NCBI GenBank assembly: GCA_046542505.1
Contig: JBKHBH010000013.1
Span: 1 to 34,730, forward strand
Direction: 5' to 3'
Source of the DNA: Thermovirgaceae bacterium
Lineage (GTDB): Bacteria; Synergistota; Synergistia; Synergistales; Thermovirgaceae
Length of the DNA: 34,730 nt
The notes under the pieces were generated by a model, which saw nothing but the letters and a program-made list of their open reading frames with translations, made no database searches and was not told the DNA's origin. Shown piece by piece: positions 1 through 7,858 of the stretch; the stretch's first letter is position 1; every line of letters starts with the position of its first letter. Made by a program: the position numbers and the translations under genes.

Positions 1-436
1 TACGAAGCTTGGATGTAGCGGTCTCTTTGTAATGTCTTCCGAGAACAACAATCAATGCATCGAGGACGTTCATGACGGAGACGGTGGAGTAATGTCCCGA
101 GGCGGGTTCAACGGGAAGGACCACGGATGCGAAATTTGCCGCCGGGCAGGCGAGGTCCGTCGTAATGAGGACGACCGGCACCCCTCTTGAATAGACGAAC
201 TCCGCTCCTTCTATTGTGCGCGCTGCATAGTGCGGACCTCCGACTGACAGTGCGAGCAGTACATCGTCTTTCGAAAGATCGACGAGGTACGAATACATGT
301 CATCAGAACCGGAATGACCTGGAAGTGAGACATTGGGCAGAAACTGGCAGAAAAGCGTGTAGGCGTAAAGGGCTATCCCCTGTGTGGATCGTAGTGCGAG
401 AATGGAAATCTTTCTGGCGTTTTTAAGAATTTCCTT
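1..436 (-). pseudogene. N-terminally truncated RpiR/MurR-family protein, SIS domain only; runs off the left window edge
   Basis: My translation of the minus strand gives an open frame KEILKNARKISILALRSTQGIALYAYTLFCQFLPNV...DLSKDDVLLALSVGGPHYAARTIEGAEFVYSRGVPVVLITTDLACPAANFASVVLPV...TVSVMNVLDALIVVL, which is the RpiR SIS pattern. There is no HTH upstream, and the nearest in-frame start is a TTG at 493 with no RBS. It is absent from the ORF track, presumably because its stop lies outside the window. Confidence 0.75.
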
Positions 437-499
437 AGAGAATAACCTGCAAGTCGTAGCTTTTGATCTTTGGCGGAAATTCGGTGTGACCAAAAGAGA

Positions 500-1345
500 G
501 TGAGCTCGGTGCTGCTTTATGGCCTTCGCGAAAAGATGGGGGATCTGACGGCGACACAGAGAAAAATCGCCCGTTTTATTCTGGATTATCCCAGTGAGGC
601 AGCATTTCTCACGGCAACCCAGCTTGGAGATCGGCTTGGTGTGAGCCAGTCCACAGTCGTCAGGTTCGCTGTGCAACTTGGATTTGAAGGGTATCCGCAG
701 ATGCGGGCCGCCCTCAAAGATGCCATCATGGACAAGCTCACGACAAAAGACAGGCTCAAATCCTACAGCGAGGAAGAGCCTGAAGGAAATATCTGCCTTC
801 ACGCATTGCACGATGACCTTGAGGCCCTCACGAAAACGATTGAGGATTTCAATCCCGCTTCCATCGAGAAGGCGAGTCAGGCCATAGTGGCGGCGGACCA
901 TGTTTATATCGTGGGTCATCTCAGTTCCGGATCTCTGGCGTATTTCCTCTGGTATTATCTCGTTTGGTTTTTCCCGAACACGCACCTTGTGGACAAGACC
1001 CTGGCAAACGAGCTTTTCGTCAACGCCACGGAAAGAAGCCTGGCCATCGGCATCAGTTTTCCCCGTTACACGCGATGGACGGTGGAAACTCTTGGTTTTG
1101 CAAAAAAGACGGGGATGAATACCGTTGCGATTTGCAGTGGATACGACAGCCCCATGGCGGATGTATCGGATGTACTGATTTCGGTCCCATGGAAGCCGCT
1201 TTCCTTTATCGATTCTTTCACGGCGCCAATGAGCGTCATAAACTGCCTGCTCCTGAATACCGCGAGGATTATGGGTCCTTCGGTCCAGGAAAAGTTGGCG
1301 AAACTCGAGATGATGTGGAAGGAAAACGAAGTCTACGCAGACTGA
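500..1345 (+). CDS. MurR/RpiR-family transcriptional regulator (HTH + SIS)
   Basis: HTH region LTATQRKIARFIL...LGVSQSTVVRFAVQLGFEGY and SIS region ISFPRYTRWTVE...SPMADVSDVLI. The start is probably GTG 500 or 509 rather than TTG 470. Confidence 0.93.
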   Translation: MSSVLLYGLREKMGDLTATQRKIARFILDYPSEAAFLTATQLGDRLGVSQSTVVRFAVQLGFEGYPQMRAALKDAIMDKLTTKDRLKSYSEEEPEGNICLHALHDDLEALTKTIEDFNPASIEKASQAIVAADHVYIVGHLSSGSLAYFLWYYLVWFFPNTHLVDKTLANELFVNATERSLAIGISFPRYTRWTVETLGFAKKTGMNTVAICSGYDSPMADVSDVLISVPWKPLSFIDSFTAPMSVINCLLLNTARIMGPSVQEKLAKLEMMWKENEVYAD

Positions 1346-1380
1346 GTGAAACAGACAAACTTTTCTAGTGGTGTGTGAAA

Positions 1381-1414
1381 GAGGCCCCGATACGAATATT
1401 CGTATCGGGGCCTC
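1381..1414. terminator. Perfect 34-bp palindrome, probable bidirectional terminator between convergent rpiR and tRNA-Ser
   Basis: gaggccccgatacgaat|attcgtatcggggcctc is self-complementary. It is followed only by a short TTTC on the minus strand. Confidence 0.6.
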
Positions 1415-1514
1415 CAGATTGTTGGGAAGATAACCTGATAGGTCTGTTTTTCTGAAGAGATTTGGCACCGTCGAAGCAAAACGATCATCAACAACCGGCC
1501 GGGGAATGTTGATC

Positions 1515-1603
1515 TGGCGGAGGGCGAGGGATTCGAACCCCCGGAAGGTAGACCCTTCAACTGATTTCAAGTCAGCCGCATTCGACCACTCTGCCAGCCC
1601 TCC
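1515..1603 (-). tRNA. tRNA-Ser(TGA)
   Basis: Reverse complement ggagggctggcagagtggtcgaatgcg gctga-ct-TGA-aa-tcagt, long variable arm, ggttcgaatcc T-arm and encoded CCA. Confidence 0.97.
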
Positions 1604-1613
1604 GCGGCCTCCA

Positions 1614-1643
1614 ATTATATAGAATTCCGGTGAAATACGCCAA
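1614..1643 (-). promoter_or_regulatory. Putative sigma70 promoter for tRNA-Ser
   Basis: Minus strand TTGGCG-18 nt-TATAAT, ending 10 nt before the tRNA 5' end. Confidence 0.55.
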
Positions 1644-1849
1644 CAGGGAAGCGGCACACACGCAAGGGCGCAATTTTACTCCTGTCCGCATTGTCAAGAA
1701 TTTTACATAAAACCGTTATTACGTAAGATCCATCAGGGAGGGCGAAAATCCGTCCTCCATTTTGCTGTAATCTCAGGTGCGACAGCTATTATAATAGACA
1801 GGAAAAATTTTTTCGATAGCCATCCTGGATAAAGAGAGGAGAGATCCTT

Positions 1850-2233
1850 TTGAAGAAAATTCTGCTTCTGCCAGTCATTGCGGCACTGTTTTTGGGAGTT
1901 TTTTCATTGGCTGCCGTTGCACAGGAAAGTTGTCCCGCTCCAGAAGGAATGAAGGTTTTTTTGCTTGAGTCGAACTGGTCCTTTGACCCTGCAGCGGGGC
2001 TTCTGAAAGGAACGGCCACGGTGTTCAACGCTTCGGACTCCGATGCCGTCGCCCCGGGTGTTTTGATCAACCTGTACAACATGGAGGGTCAACACTTTGA
2101 CAGTGTGACGATTCGCGGCAAGGAGCCCCGGGTCGGTCCGGGTGAAAAAACGGAGGTGTCCTTCGAGATCAAGTTGAAGGAAATCCCCCTGTCTTTGATG
2201 ATTGCGCCCGTAGAGGGCATGGCATTTACCTGA
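1850..2233 (+). CDS. Exported protein with FxLYD-like Ig-type domain
   Basis: Signal peptide MKKILLLPVIAALFLGVFSLAAVA; pattern G-T-x-N...INLYNMEG...PGEKTEVSF; RBS gaggag before the TTG start. Confidence 0.7.
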   Translation: MKKILLLPVIAALFLGVFSLAAVAQESCPAPEGMKVFLLESNWSFDPAAGLLKGTATVFNASDSDAVAPGVLINLYNMEGQHFDSVTIRGKEPRVGPGEKTEVSFEIKLKEIPLSLMIAPVEGMAFT

Positions 2234-2294
2234 GGCTAGACAGGGGCGAGTTGCGTCCCGGAATCGAATCGACCCGAGAAAGGAGTATTCAGCC

Positions 2295-2717
2295 ATGGAA
2301 ATGGATAACATCATTGAAGATTATGTCTGCAAACCTTCAAAAATTGCAGTGGTCGGTGCATCCCGAAACCGTGACCGACCAGTTTATGAAGTGATGGAGT
2401 ACCTGAAAGAACAGGATTTTGACATGTATCCGGTGAACCCTTCTTCTGCGGGAGAGACCATCCACGATCTGTTGTGCTACGACACTTTGCGAGAGGTTCC
2501 GGAAACGGTGGACATCGTGGCGCTCTTTGTTGCACCGAAACATCAGGAAACGGTCCTGGAGGACCTCAGGGGACTCCCATACAAACCCGTCGTATGGATG
2601 CAGCCAGGTGCGGAAAACGACGAAGCCGAAAAAAACTTGAAGGAAAGAGGGTATGAGGTTGTCAAGGGCGCATGTCTCATGATGACACACCAGGTGTATT
2701 GTTCGGGGGAAGGATAA
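2295..2717 (+). CDS. CoA-binding protein (YccU-like)
   Basis: Motifs IAVVGAS, YPVNP, VDIVALF and VWMQPG; strong RBS aaggag. Confidence 0.92.
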   Translation: MEMDNIIEDYVCKPSKIAVVGASRNRDRPVYEVMEYLKEQDFDMYPVNPSSAGETIHDLLCYDTLREVPETVDIVALFVAPKHQETVLEDLRGLPYKPVVWMQPGAENDEAEKNLKERGYEVVKGACLMMTHQVYCSGEG

Positions 2718-2737
2718 GTGAATTTTGGAACAGGTGC

Positions 2738-2766
2738 TTGACCTCGGCGGCTCGCGGGGGTAGTAT
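2738..2766 (+). promoter_or_regulatory. Putative sigma70 promoter of nifS-nifU-MOSC
   Basis: TTGACC-17 nt-TAGTAT upstream of the ATG at 2811. Confidence 0.65.
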
Positions 2767-2810
2767 ATCGCCATAAGTTAGGGCAACCTAAAAAACAAGG
2801 GGCGATATGC

Positions 2811-3986
2811 ATGCCTGAAAAAAAAGTCTATCTCGATCACTCTGCGACGACACCGCTTGCCGCCGAGGTTTACGAAGCCATGAAGCCCTTTCTCATGGAG
2901 AACTATGGCAATCCGAACAGCCTCCATTCCTGGGGCATGGAGGCCCGGAAATCCGTAGACGAGGGCAGGGCTTCCATCGCAAGGTTGGTGAAGGCCGACC
3001 CCCGGGAGATTATCATCACCGGGGGAGGCAGCGAGGCGGACAATCTTGCGGTCAAGGGGACGGCCTATGCCCTCCGTGAGGAAGGCAGACACATCATTAC
3101 CTCCGCCATAGAACATCACGCCGTTTTGGATGCCTGTAACTGGCTCGAAAGCCAGGGGTTTGAGATCACGGTCCTTCCAGTTGATCCTGCGGGCATGATC
3201 CGCATCAGTGACCTCAAGGAAGCGATCAGGGATGATACCATTCTTGTGACCGTGATGTATGCAAACAACGAGGTCGGGACTATCCAGCCAGTGGAGGATA
3301 TCGTCCGGACGGCGAAAGAACGGGGCGCCCGGGTTCACCTTGACGCTGTTCAGGCCGTGGGGCACATCCCGGTAGATGTGAAGGCCCTCGATGTCGATTT
3401 GTTGACGCTTTCTGCCCACAAGATGTACGGTCCGAAGGGTGTTGGTGCGCTGTACATCAAAAGAGGTGTAAAGATTGTGCCTCTCATCCATGGTGGGGGC
3501 CAGGAATTCGGACTCAGGTCCGGTACGGAGAATACCACGGGAATCGTGGGGTTTGGGGCCGCTGCGGAACTTGCGAGGGAGCGCCTCGAAGAAGGAGCCG
3601 TCGAAAGCGAAAGCAGGCTGAGAGACCTGCTGCTTTCGGGAATTACAGATAAAATTCCTCACGCACATGTTACGGGTCATCCGTTGGCAAGGCTTCCGTT
3701 CCATGCAAGTGTCTGTTTCGACTACATTGAAGGAGAGTCCATGCTGCTTCGGCTCAATGCAGCGGGAATAGGTGCTTCCAGCGGGTCCGCCTGCACGTCG
3801 GGAAGCCTCGAGGCCAGTCATGTGCTTCTGGCCATGGGAATCCCTCATGAGCTTGCTCACGGGTCGCTGCGTCTGACACTGGGCAAAAACACCACGGAGG
3901 AAGACATTCTCTACGTTCTTGAAACCCTTCCCAAGGTTGTTTCGGACCTGCGGGCCCTTTCGCCCCTTGGAAAAGAAAGCTCATGA
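2811..3986 (+). CDS. nifS: Cysteine desulfurase, NifS/IscS type
   Basis: YLDHSATT, GNPNSLH, PLP lysine in SAHKMYGPKG and catalytic Cys in SSGSACTSG. Confidence 0.96.
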   Translation: MPEKKVYLDHSATTPLAAEVYEAMKPFLMENYGNPNSLHSWGMEARKSVDEGRASIARLVKADPREIIITGGGSEADNLAVKGTAYALREEGRHIITSAIEHHAVLDACNWLESQGFEITVLPVDPAGMIRISDLKEAIRDDTILVTVMYANNEVGTIQPVEDIVRTAKERGARVHLDAVQAVGHIPVDVKALDVDLLTLSAHKMYGPKGVGALYIKRGVKIVPLIHGGGQEFGLRSGTENTTGIVGFGAAAELARERLEEGAVESESRLRDLLLSGITDKIPHAHVTGHPLARLPFHASVCFDYIEGESMLLRLNAAGIGASSGSACTSGSLEASHVLLAMGIPHELAHGSLRLTLGKNTTEEDILYVLETLPKVVSDLRALSPLGKESS

Positions 3987-3999
3987 CGAGGTGAAGACG

Positions 4000-4377
4000 A
4001 TGATGTATTCGGAAAAAGTGATGGAACTCTTTATGAACCCGAAAAACGCCGGGAAGCTTGAAGATCCGGATGGCATCGGTGAAGTCGGGAACCCCCAGTG
4101 CGGGGACATTATGAAGATCTATATCAAAATCAAGGACAACCGGATCGAGGATATCTCTTTTGAAACCTTCGGCTGTGCCTCTGCAATTGCTTCGAGTTCC
4201 ATGGTCACTGAAATGGTGAAGGGCAAGACCCTGGACGAAGCTTTGGCGGTATCCAATAAAGACGTGGTCGAAGAACTTGGCGGACTTCCCCCGCAAAAGA
4301 TTCATTGCTCCCTCCTTGCAGAAGAGGGAATAAAAGCAGCCATTGAAGATTACCGTCAGAAGGCGGGAGTAAACTGA
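4000..4377 (+). CDS. nifU: Fe-S cluster scaffold NifU/IscU
   Basis: YSEKVMELFMNPKNAG, CGDIM, FGCASAIASSS and KIHCS; RBS gaggtga puts the start at ATG 4000 or 4003. Confidence 0.95.
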   Translation: MMYSEKVMELFMNPKNAGKLEDPDGIGEVGNPQCGDIMKIYIKIKDNRIEDISFETFGCASAIASSSMVTEMVKGKTLDEALAVSNKDVVEELGGLPPQKIHCSLLAEEGIKAAIEDYRQKAGVN

Positions 4378-4814
4378 TGACGGAGGGAAAGGTCATTGCT
4401 GTCTGCATGTCCGACCGGAAAGGGGTTCCCAAGACGAATGTCAGAGAAGCTGTGCTTGAGGCCGGAAAAGGTCTTTTGGGTGACGCTCATGCTGGGTTTG
4501 CTCACCGTCAGGTGAGCATGCTTGCCCTGGAGGACATAGAGACGATGAAAGAAAGACTGCCGGAACTCGAGCCGGGTAGTTTCGCGGAAAACCTTACTGT
4601 TTCCGGTCTTGATCTGCAGGACCTTCCTCTGGGTGCGCGTTTCAGGGTAGGGGAAGCCCTGATCGCGTTGACCCAAATCGGCAAGGAATGCCATACGAGG
4701 TGTGCCATATACCATCAGACAGGCGACTGCATTATGCCGGCCAAGGGACTTTTTTTCGAAGTTGTCGAAGGAGGAAGAGTTGCCGTTGGCGACCCGGTCA
4801 GGCGCATTGAGTAA
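4377..4814 (+). CDS. Stand-alone MOSC domain protein
   Basis: GLLGDAHAG, HRQVS, PGSFAENL and IGKECH...C; its start overlaps the nifU stop (TGATG). Confidence 0.92.
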   Translation: MTEGKVIAVCMSDRKGVPKTNVREAVLEAGKGLLGDAHAGFAHRQVSMLALEDIETMKERLPELEPGSFAENLTVSGLDLQDLPLGARFRVGEALIALTQIGKECHTRCAIYHQTGDCIMPAKGLFFEVVEGGRVAVGDPVRRIE

Positions 4815-4922
4815 CTCTCCCTGGGAGACCGGTTTTTCAGACTGACTTCGATGGACAGGGTGTTTCCCAGGATTTAATGCAGAAGAAGCCCTTGGATGAG
4901 AGACCTGCCGGTATGAACCACA

Positions 4923-4957
4923 AAAGGGACCGACTGCAGTTTAGGCCCTTTCGTTTT
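4923..4957 (+). terminator. Possible terminator of the nifS operon
   Basis: Imperfect stem aaaggg-a-cc...gg-cccttt followed by cgtttt. Confidence 0.45.
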
Positions 4958-5011
4958 CGTGAATCCTTGTTTTATAATTGAAAACCTGCCACCGTTTTCC
5001 GGAGGTATGCA

Positions 5012-5476
5012 ATGGGACCAGTCGTTTCAACCTGCTTCAGGGTCCGATACGGAGAGACGGACCAGATGGGTTTCGTCTTCAACGCGCACTACTTGTCATG
5101 GTTTGAGATGGGCCGAACCGAGTTCTGCAGGGCCCTCTCACGCCCCTATACCCTTTGGGAGAAAGAGGGACTCTTTCTCCCCGTTGTGGAAGCGTCCATT
5201 CGGTACAAGAATCCCTTGCGGTACGATGACCGAGTGTGTCTCAAGACGAGCGTCCGGGAGGTGACCCCCTACAGCATCACCTTTGCCTACAAGGTGATCA
5301 GAGAAGAGGACAGCCGGGTTGCCGCGGAAGGAACCACGAAACATGCCTTCTGCGACGAATCGGGAAAACTTGTCAGGGAGCCGGAGCCTTTTTACGGATG
5401 GCTTTTGAAACAGCTTGAACAAACCATGGAAGAGGTGGTTCCGCGTGAGCGAAAAACGGATATTGCTCGGAAATGA
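5012..5476 (+). CDS. Acyl-CoA thioesterase (YbgC/FadM hot-dog family)
   Basis: RVRYGETDQMGFVFNAHYLSWFEMGRTE; RBS ggagg. Confidence 0.92.
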   Translation: MGPVVSTCFRVRYGETDQMGFVFNAHYLSWFEMGRTEFCRALSRPYTLWEKEGLFLPVVEASIRYKNPLRYDDRVCLKTSVREVTPYSITFAYKVIREEDSRVAAEGTTKHAFCDESGKLVREPEPFYGWLLKQLEQTMEEVVPRERKTDIARK

Positions 5477-7316
5477 AGCGATAGCCCGCGGAATCGTCGA
5501 GGCTGGGTGCGAGGTTGCGTCCGCGTACCCGGGAACGCCCTCCTCGGAGATTCTGCCGGCCGTGGCACAGTGGGCCGATGAGTTAGGAACGAAAACCGTC
5601 GTGGAATGGGGTGCCAATGAGAAAGTCGCCTTCGAAATGGCAGCCGGGGCGTCCTTCGCGGGCAAAAGGGCCTGCGCCGTCATGAAGCAGGTCGGGTTGA
5701 ACGTCGCAGCCGATCCGTTCATGAGTGTCGCCCATTTCAGGATCAATGGCGGGTTTTTGCTTGTCGTCGCCGACGATCCGGGGCCCCACAGTTCACAGAC
5801 CGAACAGGACAGCCGGTTTTTTGCCATGTTCGCCAAGGTCCCCTGTTTCGATCCTTCCACGGCCGCCGAGGCGCGGGAGATGGTTTTCGATGCCTACGAC
5901 CTTTCCGAGCGGCACGAGATTGTCACCATGCTCCGTCCTTCTGTGAGGGTTGACCATTGTCGGCAGGACATTGAACTGAAAAACGTTATCGATATCGACC
6001 GGCCGGCGAAATTTGAAAAGGATATTTCCCGCTGGGTATGCTTGCCTGCCCACGTGCGCATCAACCATCCCTTGCTGAATGAGAAAAACGATGCCATCAG
6101 GGAGGAATTCGAAAAGGATTTCGGAAAATACAATTACGAGGTTCCTTCAGAAAAACCCGCCAGGCTTGGGGTCATCGCGGGGGGGATTTCCTATTCCGTC
6201 GTGAAGGACCTTTTGCGTAGCCTGGGCAGAAAAGACGTATCCATCCTCAAGATAGGGACCCCGCACCCGCTTCCCGTGAAGATGGTGGAGGATTTCATAG
6301 CCCGTCACGACAATGTCCTGGTTCTTGAAGAAACCTATCCGGTAATCGAAATGCAGATTCCCGACAGAACGAAGGTGAAAGGCCGATGGAACGGCTGGGT
6401 GCCGCGAGCGGGAGAACTGCTCCCCGAAGTCATAGAGGAGATCCTCTACAAGGTCCTCAGCGAAGACATGCCGAAAAAGGCCGACGAGCACATCAAAAAG
6501 GCTCTTGAAGAGCTGAAGGTCACTCCGCGCAAACCCATGCTCTGTCCCGGATGTCCGCACAGGGCAAGCTTTTTCGCCATAAGGCAGGCGTTGCCGAAGG
6601 CGATCAATCCGTCTGATATCGGCTGTTACACCCTTGGTGTAAATCAGAAGGCCGTTGACGCCGTCGTCGACATGGGCGCCTCGGTCACCCAGGCGTCGGG
6701 ACTCTTTATGGCCCACAAGGCGGCCGGGACGGAGCGTCCTATTGTGGCAACCATCGGAGATTCCACTTTCTTCCACATGGGGCTTCCCGGCCTGGTCAGC
6801 GCCGTGTACAACCGGCATGCCTTCGTGCTCGCCATACTGGACAACAGCATCACGGCCATGACGGGCGGTCAGTCCCATCCCGGAATCGGCGACAAGCTGC
6901 GCAAGGGTGACAAGGGACGCAAAGTCGAGGTGGAAAACGCCGTAAAGGCCTGCGGCGTTTCCTGGATCAGGACCCTCGAAGCCTATGACGTGGAAAAAGG
7001 CAAGGAACTGGTCAAGGAGGCCTGGGAGCACGCAAAGGCCAATGAGGAACCGGCGGTACTCATCTTCAAGCATCCCTGCATGCTTTTGCGAATGGAACAG
7101 GACAAGATCCCGGTGGCCGTCGATCCCGAAAAGTGTATCGGATGCCGGTTCTGTATCGATTATTTCAATTGTCCGGGACTTGTCTTTGACGAAAAGAAAA
7201 AGAAGGCCTACATCGACGAGAGATTCTGCGTCCAGTGCGGGGTCTGCATCAATGTCTGCCCCCACGGCGCCATCCAGGCCGTGGAAAGGGAGGAGGCGCA
7301 GCCATGCAGTATGTGA
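5445..7316 (+). CDS. iorA: Indolepyruvate:ferredoxin oxidoreductase alpha subunit
   Basis: LGNEAIARG, YPGTPSSE, MKQVGLNVAAD, LCPGCPHR, TPP motif GDSTFFH...DN and two C-terminal 4Fe-4S motifs; GTG start at 5445 with RBS gaggtgg. Confidence 0.95.
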   Translation: MSEKRILLGNEAIARGIVEAGCEVASAYPGTPSSEILPAVAQWADELGTKTVVEWGANEKVAFEMAAGASFAGKRACAVMKQVGLNVAADPFMSVAHFRINGGFLLVVADDPGPHSSQTEQDSRFFAMFAKVPCFDPSTAAEAREMVFDAYDLSERHEIVTMLRPSVRVDHCRQDIELKNVIDIDRPAKFEKDISRWVCLPAHVRINHPLLNEKNDAIREEFEKDFGKYNYEVPSEKPARLGVIAGGISYSVVKDLLRSLGRKDVSILKIGTPHPLPVKMVEDFIARHDNVLVLEETYPVIEMQIPDRTKVKGRWNGWVPRAGELLPEVIEEILYKVLSEDMPKKADEHIKKALEELKVTPRKPMLCPGCPHRASFFAIRQALPKAINPSDIGCYTLGVNQKAVDAVVDMGASVTQASGLFMAHKAAGTERPIVATIGDSTFFHMGLPGLVSAVYNRHAFVLAILDNSITAMTGGQSHPGIGDKLRKGDKGRKVEVENAVKACGVSWIRTLEAYDVEKGKELVKEAWEHAKANEEPAVLIFKHPCMLLRMEQDKIPVAVDPEKCIGCRFCIDYFNCPGLVFDEKKKKAYIDERFCVQCGVCINVCPHGAIQAVEREEAQPCSM

Positions 7317-7858
7317 TCGTCGGCATCGGCGGTCAGGGAATCCTTTTTTCCAGCCGGGTCCTCGGGCACATTGCCATATCCAAAGATGAAACCGTTATCG
7401 GCAGTGAAGTCCATGGAATGGCCCAGCGTGGAGGTTCTGTGATCAGCCACTTCAAGATCGGAGATTATTCAAGTCCCCTTGTCAAGGCAGGGGAGGCCGA
7501 CACTCTTCTCGCCTTTGACCAGAACGAGGCCTTCAGAAATTTTCACTTCCTTCGAGAAGGCGGCAAAGCGATCGTCAACGTCCATGACAAAGAAGCCCTT
7601 GAAAACGGGAACCTTAGAAGGTATATCGAAGAACGGTCACTGGAAGTCCACCCCATAGAAGGGTACGAAATACTCAAGAAGCATATGGGCGGCAAATTCC
7701 TTTTTTTGAACATACTCATCCTTGGTGCCATGAGCGGGGTGAAAGCGGGCGACGTGACACTTGAAGAAGTCCGCTGTGCCATAAAGGAACTGGCGCCGCC
7801 GAAATTCATCGATGCAAACATGAAGGTGGTTGACCTGGGGTATGAAGCAACGAGGTGA
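7304..7858 (+). CDS. iorB: Indolepyruvate:ferredoxin oxidoreductase beta subunit
   Basis: GIGGQGIL and SEVHGMAQRGGSV; ATG 7304 with RBS ggagg. Confidence 0.95.
   Translation: MQYVIVGIGGQGILFSSRVLGHIAISKDETVIGSEVHGMAQRGGSVISHFKIGDYSSPLVKAGEADTLLAFDQNEAFRNFHFLREGGKAIVNVHDKEALENGNLRRYIEERSLEVHPIEGYEILKKHMGGKFLFLNILILGAMSGVKAGDVTLEEVRCAIKELAPPKFIDANMKVVDLGYEATR

Noticed and set aside
187..426. 79-aa plus-strand ORF
   Set aside because: It is a shadow of the minus-strand SIS-domain frame and has no recognisable motif.
1..1515. Genomic island integrated at the tRNA-Ser 3' end
   Set aside because: I see no integrase and no duplicated tRNA 3' end within the window. An island cannot be excluded beyond the left edge.
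1515..1603. Possible tRNA-Sec (long variable arm, ttcaa on the plus strand)
   Set aside because: On the coding strand the anticodon is TGA (Ser), with a standard 7-bp acceptor stem.
4895..4915. gagacctgcc resembling the 3' end of a cobalamin riboswitch B12 box
   Set aside because: The other conserved elements (GGGAA, GCCACTG) are missing and no B12-related gene follows.
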